From Chloroflexota bacterium (GTDB taxonomy: Bacteria > Chloroflexota > Dehalococcoidia > Lucifugimonadales > Lucifugimonadaceae), in NCBI GenBank assembly GCA_022574675.1, contig JACZRO010000002.1, positions 8,529 to 72,528 of the forward strand: a stretch of DNA of 64,000 bases, written 5' to 3'. Positions 9,535 through 17,556 of this stretch are shown piece after piece. Position 1 is the first letter of the stretch; every line of letters begins with the position of its first letter. The notes under the pieces are model-generated. The model saw nothing but the letters and a program-made list of their open reading frames with translations, was not told the DNA's origin and did no database searches. The translations under genes were made by a program, and so were the position numbers.

Positions 9535-10896
9535 ATGACAACCCAGGACGCGCTAGCCCAGGACGCACTCCGGGGCGAGATAGACACCTATATCGCGCAG
9601 AACCCAAAATCTGAAGCCCTCAACGCGGAGGCGGCCCGGTACCTCCCGGGCGGCGATTCCCGAAACTCGATCTACTGGCCGCCCTACCCCGCGTACATCG
9701 TGGGCGGCGAAGGGACGCGCATCACCGACGCCGACGGCAACGTCCGGACCGATTTCATCAACAACATGACGACGCTGATCGTCGGGCACCGCCACCCTGA
9801 CGTGGTCAAGGCCCTGCAGGACCAGGTCTCAGAGGGCTGGTCATACCCGGGGCCGTCGCCGTCCCAGATCCGCTGGGCGGAGATCCTGGTCGAGCGCGTG
9901 CCGTCCGTGGAACAGGTCCGGTTCGTCAACTCCGGCACCGAGGCCACGCTCAACGCCATTCGCGCCGCCCGGGCTTTTACCGGCCGCCAGAAGCTGGGCA
10001 AGATGGAGGGCGGATATCACGGCACCCACGACTCGGTGGCGGTGAGCGTCGCACCGAAACTTGACCTCGCGGGCGACGCCCTGAATCCGAACTCGGTGCA
10101 GGACTACGAGGGCCTGCCGTCGTGGGTGACGGAAGGCGCCGTGGTGATGCCGATCAACGACATCGAGGCCTGCGAAAGGATCATCCGGGCGAATGCCGGC
10201 GACCTGGCGTGTGTAATTGTCGAGCCTGTCAACGGGCGGAACGGGTTCGTTCCCGCCGAGCCCGGTTTTCTTGAGGGGCTGCGCGCCGTCACGAAAGAGC
10301 TCGGCGTCATCCTGATCTTCGACGAGGTGATCTCGTTCCGTGTGGCGCGCGGCGGCGCTCAGGAGCACTACGGCGTCACGCCGGACATGACCACGTTCGG
10401 CAAGGTGATCGGTGGCGGGCTGCCGGTCGGCGCGTTCGGCGGCCGCGCTGACATCATGTCGCTTTACGACCCGAGCAACGGCGCTCCACGGGTGCAGCAC
10501 GCAGGCACGTTCAACGGCAACCCGATGACGGCGGCGGCCGGTGTGGCGACGCTGGAGGCGGCGACGCCGGAGGTGTACGAGTACGTGGGCCGGATGGGGG
10601 GCGTGATCCGCGAACGGTTGCGGGCGCTGATCGCAGAGGTCGAGGCGCCGATGGGCGTGACGGGCGTCGAGTCGCTCTGGTGCCTGCAGTTCACGCCGGA
10701 ACGCGTGACCGATTACCGGACCTCGATGACGAACGACAAGGTGATGACCCGGTGCATGTTCCTCGGCCTCCAGAACGAGGGCTTCCTGCTCTCACCCAGT
10801 TGCCAGGGCACGGTGTCGTCCGTGCATACCGAGGAGGATGTCGACGGGTTGATAGCCGCGATCCGAAAGGTGCTCGGAAGACTGGGTTACGCCTAA
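9535..10896 (+). CDS. Class-III (PLP) aminotransferase, glutamate-1-semialdehyde aminomutase-like
   Basis: YLPGGDSRN..., VNSGTEATLNAIRAARAFTGR, GGYHG, FDEVISFRV, TFGKVIGGGLPVGAFGG. Start taken at ATG 9535; the ORF opens at 9496. Confidence 0.8.
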   Translation: MTTQDALAQDALRGEIDTYIAQNPKSEALNAEAARYLPGGDSRNSIYWPPYPAYIVGGEGTRITDADGNVRTDFINNMTTLIVGHRHPDVVKALQDQVSEGWSYPGPSPSQIRWAEILVERVPSVEQVRFVNSGTEATLNAIRAARAFTGRQKLGKMEGGYHGTHDSVAVSVAPKLDLAGDALNPNSVQDYEGLPSWVTEGAVVMPINDIEACERIIRANAGDLACVIVEPVNGRNGFVPAEPGFLEGLRAVTKELGVILIFDEVISFRVARGGAQEHYGVTPDMTTFGKVIGGGLPVGAFGGRADIMSLYDPSNGAPRVQHAGTFNGNPMTAAAGVATLEAATPEVYEYVGRMGGVIRERLRALIAEVEAPMGVTGVESLWCLQFTPERVTDYRTSMTNDKVMTRCMFLGLQNEGFLLSPSCQGTVSSVHTEEDVDGLIAAIRKVLGRLGYA

Positions 10897-10950
10897 GAAA
10901 TGATCTCAAAAGCCACCGCCCGGCATGCATGAACGACCTCCGCACGCCAA

Positions 10951-11048
10951 CGCATCGTAGGGGCCGCTGGCTACCGGCCCGGGTGGTGCGGCAGGGCGTG
11001 GAGCCGAGCAACTGTGCCGGAAAGGGCGGATAGTCAGCCGCCCCTACA
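10951..11048 (+). repeat. 98-nt composite palindromic element, copy A (two inverted GTAGGGGCsGCTGrCTAyCsGCCC units)
   Basis: Hand alignment to the reverse complement of 21169..21266 gives about 81/98 identical positions. The terminal units are mutually complementary. Confidence 0.75.
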
Positions 11049-11237
11049 CGGGTCTGTGAAACTATCTCAAAAGCTGTAGTCCAGTGCGGTCCCACGATGC
11101 AAAATTCGCCCGCGCCCGCAATCACATTCACCGGGCGAGACGGTTTTGAGATAGTCACTAAGGGGCTGCCACAAGAGACCACCAATCACGAGCCGATCAA
11201 AACCGGGGGAAGTGTTCTTCCACCGAGCCGGGCGGTG

Positions 11238-11816
11238 TCAGCCGGTGAAAGGGAATTCGCGTATCACGCGCCGCTCCCCGTCCGGTCCCGTGCCAACACG
11301 TCCCGTCAGGCTAAGGCGGTCCACTGTGAACTCCTCGAGATCAAACTCCGCAACGAGCCGGGTTCCGAGCTTTTTCGCCGACTCGGGTATCCGCTGGAAA
11401 TAGGTCAGATGAGGGTGGTAATCGGCCGGGTCGTGATAGGCGTTGGTCGCCGTCGGCAGTACGGCCCGCGCCAGCCGGTCATGCAGCGACTGTAGTTCCG
11501 GGGTGACCTCGATCCGTGCCGTGGACAACAGGAGGCCGTCCGGCGACCCCCAGATTTCGCCCGTTGGCGTCATGGTCAAGGCCCCTGTCCCCATCACCGC
11601 TTCGGCCACCTGCTCGCAGACGCGATCCACGCTCTCGATCTCGCAGAAAGCGCCCAGGGCGGTCACGTGCGCCTGGAACATGGGCCATGCAGGACGAAGT
11701 TGATCGCGAAGGCGCTGGACCCGGGAAGCGATCGGCTCTGGCGCCGCCAGTACCAGGCCGTAGACGCTGTAACCGTGTACGTCGTTCGGACGGTAGCTTG
11801 CGTCGATTATCTGCAT
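11238..11816 (-). CDS. 2H-phosphoesterase superfamily protein (LigT / 2'-5' RNA ligase-like)
   Basis: Two HxT motifs (FQAHVTALG and HPHLTYFQ). Start moved to ATG 11816 because the upstream 39 codons consist of a repeat unit (11841..11863). Confidence 0.6.
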   Translation of the reverse strand: MQIIDASYRPNDVHGYSVYGLVLAAPEPIASRVQRLRDQLRPAWPMFQAHVTALGAFCEIESVDRVCEQVAEAVMGTGALTMTPTGEIWGSPDGLLLSTARIEVTPELQSLHDRLARAVLPTATNAYHDPADYHPHLTYFQRIPESAKKLGTRLVAEFDLEEFTVDRLSLTGRVGTGPDGERRVIREFPFTG

Positions 11817-11840
11817 CGGGCTCACCTCACCGAACCCACT

Positions 11841-11863
11841 GTAGGGACGGCTGATTATCCGCC
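11841..11863 (+). repeat. Solo unit of the GTAGGGGC...GCCC repeat family
   Basis: GTAGGGACGGCTGATTATCCGCC. Confidence 0.6.
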
Positions 11864-12021
11864 TCTGGCCGGGCGACGCCCCGCCTTCCAGGGAACGACG
11901 AGGAACCTTCACCGCGAGATCCGCCATCGACAACGCCGTTTCAGCGGGGACTGATTCGTCCGTGAACGATCTGGGCCCTTAATAGCGCGCTGGCGACTTG
12001 CCGCCCGTTGAGCGGCACACC

Positions 12022-12058
12022 CCTCACCCCAACCCTCTCCCGACTGGGAGAGGTGGCA
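12022..12058 (+). repeat. Hairpin repeat family 2 (CCTCACCCyAACCCTCTCCCG-n-CTGGGAGAGG)
   Basis: CCTCACCCCAACCCTCTCCCGACTGGGAGAGGTGGCA, with internal inverted repeat CTCTCCC/GGGAGAG. Confidence 0.7.
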
Positions 12059-12194
12059 AAGTGTGATGGGCGCGGGTTTTTTGGCGCCGGGCGCGGGTTC
12101 AGGGCACGATCGCACCGATTCCCCGATTTAGGCCGGGGGCGCAGCTGCGCTGTTTTTGCCGGCGCCTATCTCGACTTTCCTTCTGTTGCCAGAC

Positions 12195-12218
12195 GGGCGG
12201 AGCAAGCCCCGCCCCTGC
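12195..12218 (-). repeat. Solo degenerate unit of repeat family 1
   Basis: GGGCGGAGCAAGCCCCGCCCCTGC. Confidence 0.5.
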
Positions 12219-12481
12219 CATGAGAAGGATCCCGGTTGTGTTCCGCGCTTCGGGCAGGCGTCCGTCTATCTGACCCGTCTTTCTTCTAAGTGGCGGATCT
12301 GACCACCGTTTCGACGGAAATCCAACGGTGTTTCTTGTCTCGGCACTTACCGGCGGACGCCTCTCCAGCCCCGCGACCTCGCAAGCATCTGGCACCAAGA
12401 ACGTCTCCGCGACCCGGTTCATGCCGCTGAGCGACAAACTCAGAAGCCGAAGGTGGAAGTGTCTCTACGATGAGACTTCTC

Positions 12482-12517
12482 CCTCACCCTAACCCTCTCC
12501 CGCTGGGAGAGGGGGCA
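12482..12517 (+). repeat. Hairpin repeat family 2, second copy
   Basis: CCTCACCCTAACCCTCTCCCGCTGGGAGAGGGGGCA. Confidence 0.7.
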
Positions 12518-12673
12518 TTTGAAGTAGCCGCTATTTTTCGGTGCAATCGCGCCCGATGGGCCCGATATCTCTGTCGAACATAGACACCGTACGGAGAGTC
12601 CTGTCCGCCGGTCGGTGTGTCGCCCCCACGGGTACCCGTACGCTGGGAGACTATCGCCGACCCTACAAAATCA

Positions 12674-12703
12674 ATAATAGAACGTATGTTCTAGGTGTGT
12701 CAA
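12674..12703 (-). promoter_or_regulatory. Near-consensus sigma70-type promoter (TTGACA-N18-TATTAT) with a LexA/Cheo box in the spacer
   Basis: Minus strand reads TTGACA (12703..12698), 18-nt spacer, TATTAT (12679..12674). The 16-bp perfect palindrome TAGAACGTATGTTCTA (12678..12693) contains GAAC-N4-GTTC. Confidence 0.55.
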
Positions 12704-12996
12704 TGGTGTTGGTCACTGGTAAACCGGGGAGATTGGACCCGTTCGCCACAAGATCGCTCCAATGTTCTGGCGACCATGTTCTCCGCGTGGGGCGCGTTGC
12801 GAAACCGACGCGGAGTTCTGTTGCACCTTTCTGTCCGTAATGCGTGCTGGAGCTGCCTCCGCCACGATGGCGTGTCTCGCGAGACGGGGGCCGCCCGGAC
12901 GGCCCCCTGCAACATTATCGGCGGGATTGTTTTCGCCATCTCGCTCGATCAGACTCGTGTACATGGCCAGCAGATCGGGTCGCCCGGTTTTAAGTC

Positions 12997-14739
12997 CTAC
13001 AACGAAGGCGACGTTTGTGTCCGGCTCTGTAAACGTTGTTGTTCTCGGGCCATGTACTGATGTATCTGCGGGACCGCGGCCGCTCCTTCGCCCACCGCCG
13101 AGGCCACTCTTTTGATCGAGCCATCGCGCACGTCACCTGCGGCGAATACGCCTGGAATACTGGTCTGCAAAAACAGGGAGTCCGGCCAACCTTCTAGCCG
13201 ATCCCTGACGGCGTCTCCAGTAACGATGAAGCCAAAGTCATCGCATTGGAGCGTGTCTTTGAGCCACTCGGTTCGAGGACGAGCCCCGATCAGGATGAAT
13301 ACCCCATGGGCCGGTTCTGTCCAGGTCTTTCCTGTCCGGTTGTCTCGTAGTTCCAGTGATTCGAGTAAATGTTCGCCGTTGGCCCTTACCATCTCCGTGT
13401 TTGTGGCAACGTTGACGTTTGCGGTGGCATCGATCTCTCTAATCAAATAGTCGGACATCGATGTAGCAAGCGAACTGCCCCGCACCAGGATCGTGACCCT
13501 GTCCGCGAACCTGGCGAAGTACACGGCGGCCTGACCGGCAGAGTTCCCGCCTCCCACGACAAAAACTTGCCTTCCAGTCATCGCGGGCGCTTCAGTTTTC
13601 GCGGCTCCGTAATAAACGCCGCGACCGGTCAACTCATTGAGGCCAGGTTGGTCCAGTAACCGGTAGGACACTCCGCAGCAGATCAAAACGGCCCGGGTGT
13701 TTACCTGAACGCCGTCGTCCAGGGTCAACCGCTTCATCCCATCAACAACCTCCAGTTTGGCCACCTCTCGGCAGAAATCGATTTCGGAGCCGAGAAGCCA
13801 CGACTGATTTATGGCTTTTAGAGCCAGATCGGTGCCACCGATTCCGGACGGGAAACCCATGTAGTTGCGGATCCGAGTACTTGTCCCGGCCTGCCCACCG
13901 GGCGCCTCCGATTCGACCATCACCGTTTTAAGGCCTTCCGAGGCCGCGTTCACCGCCGCGCTGAGTCCCGCAGGGCCGGCGCCGACAATCACCAGGTCGT
14001 ATCCCCCGGGGTCGTATTCGATGAACGCACCCATGGCCGCGGCCAGTTCGTGTTTGTTCGGTGACAACAGTACGCGCCCGTCGAGAAACCGCAGGGCGGG
14101 CAGGTCTTCAACTGATACGTTCATGCTCTTCGCAAGTTCCTGACCGGCGGGAGACTCGTAGTCGATGAAGCCGGTGGGACAAATGGACCGATCCAGGACG
14201 TCCCGTAGCCATACGGTAAAGGAGTCATTCGCTCGGCCAAGAATCGAAACGGATTCGAACCGTGGCAGGTTAGCCTGGGCCCAGTCAGTCAGGAGAATGC
14301 TGAGCTCCCTGTGGAACTTCTCGTCAGGATTCACCAGCGGTTTCAAAAAGACGGCGTCGGCCACGCCTGAAGCCATCGCCATTAACACCCGGTCGCTGAC
14401 GGCCGAGTTTGACAACCCTCCCCATGCCGTCACCATCAACGCTCGCTTGGTGTTGGGCCAGCGTTGCCGGCACTTTTCCAGCAAGGCTGAACAGCCCGAT
14501 ATGTCGGCGGCCGACAGCCAGATCGCGACCCTCTCTTCACCCGTCGCTAGCTCGATCTCCCTTTCGGCATCCTTCGTCGTTCCGTGCACGCGGATGGAGT
14601 AGTCAGATCTGTACCTGCTCTCAAGAGCCTGCTGAAGTAACAGGCGATGCTCCGCGTTCTCGTCGATCGCGATGATGAAAGGCTTGTCCATCAGACATAT
14701 CCGTTTCTTGTGTTGATGCAAGAACTCACGGTCAGGCAC
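12997..14739 (-). CDS. Three-domain flavoprotein: receiver-like N-terminus, thioredoxin/glutaredoxin-like middle, and thioredoxin-reductase-like FAD/NAD(P) domain lacking the CxxC
   Basis: DLVIVGAGPAGLSAA, VFVVGGGNSAGQAA, GVFAAGDVRDGSIKRVASAVGEGA. Where TrxR has CATCDG this protein has YGAAKTEA. The start could instead be ATG 14691. Confidence 0.75.
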   Translation of the reverse strand: MPDREFLHQHKKRICLMDKPFIIAIDENAEHRLLLQQALESRYRSDYSIRVHGTTKDAEREIELATGEERVAIWLSAADISGCSALLEKCRQRWPNTKRALMVTAWGGLSNSAVSDRVLMAMASGVADAVFLKPLVNPDEKFHRELSILLTDWAQANLPRFESVSILGRANDSFTVWLRDVLDRSICPTGFIDYESPAGQELAKSMNVSVEDLPALRFLDGRVLLSPNKHELAAAMGAFIEYDPGGYDLVIVGAGPAGLSAAVNAASEGLKTVMVESEAPGGQAGTSTRIRNYMGFPSGIGGTDLALKAINQSWLLGSEIDFCREVAKLEVVDGMKRLTLDDGVQVNTRAVLICCGVSYRLLDQPGLNELTGRGVYYGAAKTEAPAMTGRQVFVVGGGNSAGQAAVYFARFADRVTILVRGSSLATSMSDYLIREIDATANVNVATNTEMVRANGEHLLESLELRDNRTGKTWTEPAHGVFILIGARPRTEWLKDTLQCDDFGFIVTGDAVRDRLEGWPDSLFLQTSIPGVFAAGDVRDGSIKRVASAVGEGAAAVPQIHQYMAREQQRLQSRTQTSPSL

Positions 14740-15022
14740 GCGCCCGGCCTAATCGGCGTCAGGGAACGAGGTTTACCGACATGCCCGCCAGTCTACTCAA
14801 GCGGAGGCAGCGAGGGGAGCGAACACGCCGAGAGCGGTCTCTCCAAGCGGCATCACCTGAAACCATTTCCGTGATTTTGTTTCACCGGCGACGGCGCGGA
14901 TAGCTCATAGAGCAGGCGGCGCATCTGGGCTTTAGGTCGAGCGCCACGCAGATCACATCATTGCCTGTGCGCCCAAAAACGGCGCAACACTTCCCCTTGT
15001 TTTGTTTCGCCTCCATCTGTGG

Positions 15023-15607
15023 TCAAGTGACCGGTCGGTCCATCACCATCAGGTATATGTCTACGTTTTCGACCATTGATCGAAAGGTTCGGACGTATCG
15101 AAATCCCACCTTCTCATAGGCCCGTATTGCGGGGCGATTCTCGGGATGCGGGTCGATGGTGCAGCGTTGGATCGCTGGATTCGCGAATATGACCTCATTG
15201 ACGAATTTGCGGATCAGAGCGGTTCCGACGCCACGATTGCGCCATTCAGGGAGTCCAATCAGGACATCAACGCCTGCGGCGTCCGCGATTTGCATCTCAG
15301 CGGCGTGGTCTGGGTAGTCGGCGAAATCGGATGTTTGGATAATGCCGATATCTATGGCATCGACACTGACTACGTAGCGATCGGTCTTATCTTCGTCGTT
15401 TGGCTCGCCTCGGACACGCGGTTCCCACTCAGCTCGAATCTCTTCTTCTGTTTCCTGGTGGGGATACCACCAACGTCTAACGCAGTCGTCCAGCATCCAC
15501 TGCACGATGTTCTCTAGATCAGTAATAGCGAGTGGCCTGAATGAGATGTCCACCCCAGACACCCTACTCCGCCCAGCCTCTCCTAACATAGCGGCGGCGC
15601 AATGCAA
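15023..15607 (-). CDS. GNAT-family N-acetyltransferase
   Basis: RNRGVGTALIRKF (acetyl-CoA loop) and PENRPAIRAYEKVGFRYV. Confidence 0.8.
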   Translation of the reverse strand: MHCAAAMLGEAGRSRVSGVDISFRPLAITDLENIVQWMLDDCVRRWWYPHQETEEEIRAEWEPRVRGEPNDEDKTDRYVVSVDAIDIGIIQTSDFADYPDHAAEMQIADAAGVDVLIGLPEWRNRGVGTALIRKFVNEVIFANPAIQRCTIDPHPENRPAIRAYEKVGFRYVRTFRSMVENVDIYLMVMDRPVT

Positions 15608-15698
15608 CCGTTCGCCTCGTTTTGTTGCACTTACGAGTGGATCGCCTTGACCTATACTTCCGGCCCAACGACATCACGCAAGCTCGGGAGGCATCCTA

Positions 15699-15971
15699 AT
15701 GTCAGCGGTCTTTATCCAACACAGAGTCGCCGATTTCGATACCTGGAAACCCCTATTTGATGCCGATCACGCCCGGCGTGTAGAGACTGGCCTCAAGGAC
15801 GCCCGGGTGTTCCGGCTCGATGGCGACGAGAACATGCTTCTCGTGGCCTTTCAGACCGACGATCTCTCAAGTTTTGCCAAGATGATGGCCGACCCCGAAT
15901 TGGCTGCTGCGATGAAAGAAGCTGGCGTGATCTCGGAACCTGAAGTCTGGATCGGCGAGCCGGCCGGGTAG
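15699..15971 (+). CDS. Small hypothetical protein (90 aa)
   Basis: Clean ORF with a protein-like composition. No family recognised. Confidence 0.45.
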   Translation: MSAVFIQHRVADFDTWKPLFDADHARRVETGLKDARVFRLDGDENMLLVAFQTDDLSSFAKMMADPELAAAMKEAGVISEPEVWIGEPAG

Positions 15972-16029
15972 TTCGTTCGACGGGTCGCAGGCTGCGATCG
16001 GTATACGCCTCGCACGCGCCACCACCCCG

Positions 16030-16059
16030 CTCTCTTCTCGCCGGAGAGGGTTGGGCGAG
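16030..16059 (-). repeat. Degenerate inverted copy of repeat family 2
   Basis: Reverse complement is CTCGCCCAACCCTCTCCGGCGAGAAGAGAG. Confidence 0.45.
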
Positions 16060-16274
16060 CGAACGCCCAAGTGGCGTGCACCAACGCCCGGGTGGGGGCT
16101 CTCGGCGTGGGGGAGAGAGGGCGAGTCATAGGCCGTGCTCGGCTTCTTGATCCAGTGGCCAGGAGAGCCGGGAGATCCTTCGGTTTCGGCCTCAGGATGA
16201 CAGATCAGTCGATTCAGATGGCGCGAACGGGCGTTTCGGACTGGTGAGTGTGGGCAGGGTTGCGGCTTTCTCAA

Positions 16275-16298
16275 GGGCGGATACTCAGCCGCCCCTAC
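16275..16298 (-). repeat. Solo unit of repeat family 1
   Basis: GGGCGGATACTCAGCCGCCCCTAC followed by GATGCGC, as in the copy at 21237..21266. Confidence 0.65.
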
Positions 16299-16354
16299 GA
16301 TGCGCTTGCAGTTAGAGTTCGTTCGTGCATGCCGGGTGGTTATTTCTGAGATTG

Positions 16355-16774
16355 TTATTGAGAGGCGGCCCGGCCTATCAAGCGCCGGTGCTCGATGAGT
16401 GCGCATCGGTCCATCACCACTTCTAACCCGGCGCTTGCTGCGATCTTGGCCCCCTCTTCGCTCATGACGCCGAGTTGGGTCCACAGCACCTTTGCGCCGA
16501 TCGCCACGGCGGCGCGGGCGATGTCCGGCACGTGCTCTGAGCGACGGAATACGTCGACGATCTCGATCGGGTCCGGCACGTCCTCGAGTGACGGGTAGCT
16601 GCGGAGCCCGAGCACTTCATCCACGACCGGGTTGATCGGGATCACGTTGTAGCCGTTCTCCAGCAAGTACCGCGCCACCTGGCTGCTCGGCCGGTCCGGG
16701 TCCGGAGAAAGGCCGACTACGGCCACGTTCCGGTAGTTGGCGAGGATGGCTCGAAGTTGCTCGTCACTGTTCAT
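16355..16774 (-). CDS. CoA-binding domain protein (YccU/YneT-like)
   Basis: NVAVVGLSPDPDRPS...GYNVIPINP...VDVFRRSEHVP...GAKVLWTQLG. Confidence 0.85.
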   Translation of the reverse strand: MNSDEQLRAILANYRNVAVVGLSPDPDRPSSQVARYLLENGYNVIPINPVVDEVLGLRSYPSLEDVPDPIEIVDVFRRSEHVPDIARAAVAIGAKVLWTQLGVMSEEGAKIAASAGLEVVMDRCALIEHRRLIGRAASQ

Positions 16775-17553
16775 TGCGAGTCCCCGCCCTCCTGTTCGCC
16801 GCTATCGCCTCGAACGGGCGCCCGATCCAGGCCTCGGTACCTCCCGAGAGCCCAGTTGAGCCGGACCCGGCCGATATCCAGAAACCCGGCCAGTCCCTTG
16901 AGCAGGGTCACCTTGCTGCCCGAGAAGTAGTACCAGTCGATCGCCTGCTCGCGAATCGATACCCCCATCTTCCGGGCCATGAACAGGACCTCGACGTCAA
17001 ACCCGAAGCCGTCGAGGGTCTGGGTCTGGAAAATGCGCTCGGCAACGTCGCCCCTGAAGAGCTTGAACCCGCACTGGGTGTCCTCGATCCCCCTGAAGGC
17101 CAGCATCCACACGGCGATGGTGTAGGCGCGTCCAATTATGTGCCTGCGCGATGGCTCACCGATGCGCCTGGCTCCCGGGGCTTCGCGCGAGCCGATGACG
17201 ATCTCCTCCGACGGTGGCTCGCCTCCGGGAAGGAAGCGATCCAGTTGCTCCGGCGGCATCGACAGGTCCGCGTCACACAGGAAGCGCCATTCGGCGTCCG
17301 TCGCCAGCATCCCGGCGCGGACCGCCGATCCCTTGCCCCTGTGGGGGAGGCTGATCAAGCGAACGGACGGGCTGCGCTCCGCCACGCCGGCCACGATCGA
17401 TGCGGACGCATCCGTACTACCGTCGTCGGCGACGACGATCTCCCACGTGTATGGCCGTTCAGCCAGGTACCCGGCCAGTTTTTCGAGGCTGGCCGCGATG
17501 CGTTCTTCCTCGTTGTAAACGGGTACCACCACGGCGAGGAAGGGTGCGGCCAA
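16771..17553 (-). CDS. Family 2 glycosyltransferase (dolichyl-phosphate glucosyltransferase-like)
   Basis: VVVPVYNEEERI, VVADDGSTD, CDADLS. 4-nt overlap with the downstream gene. Confidence 0.85.
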   Translation of the reverse strand: MAAPFLAVVVPVYNEEERIAASLEKLAGYLAERPYTWEIVVADDGSTDASASIVAGVAERSPSVRLISLPHRGKGSAVRAGMLATDAEWRFLCDADLSMPPEQLDRFLPGGEPPSEEIVIGSREAPGARRIGEPSRRHIIGRAYTIAVWMLAFRGIEDTQCGFKLFRGDVAERIFQTQTLDGFGFDVEVLFMARKMGVSIREQAIDWYYFSGSKVTLLKGLAGFLDIGRVRLNWALGRYRGLDRAPVRGDSGEQEGGDSQ

Positions 17554-17556
17554 CGG

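Noticed and set aside
12099-12437. 112-aa minus-strand ORF in the long intergenic tract.
   Set aside because: It has an Arg/Pro/Gly-rich composition and is partly encoded by repeat units. It has no start context and no recognisable motif.
10951-12517. Repeated short palindromic units could be a CRISPR array.
   Set aside because: The units are in mixed orientation, irregularly spaced and of two unrelated families, and they are scattered over 10.9-21.3 kb. No regular repeat-spacer periodicity and no cas genes are present.
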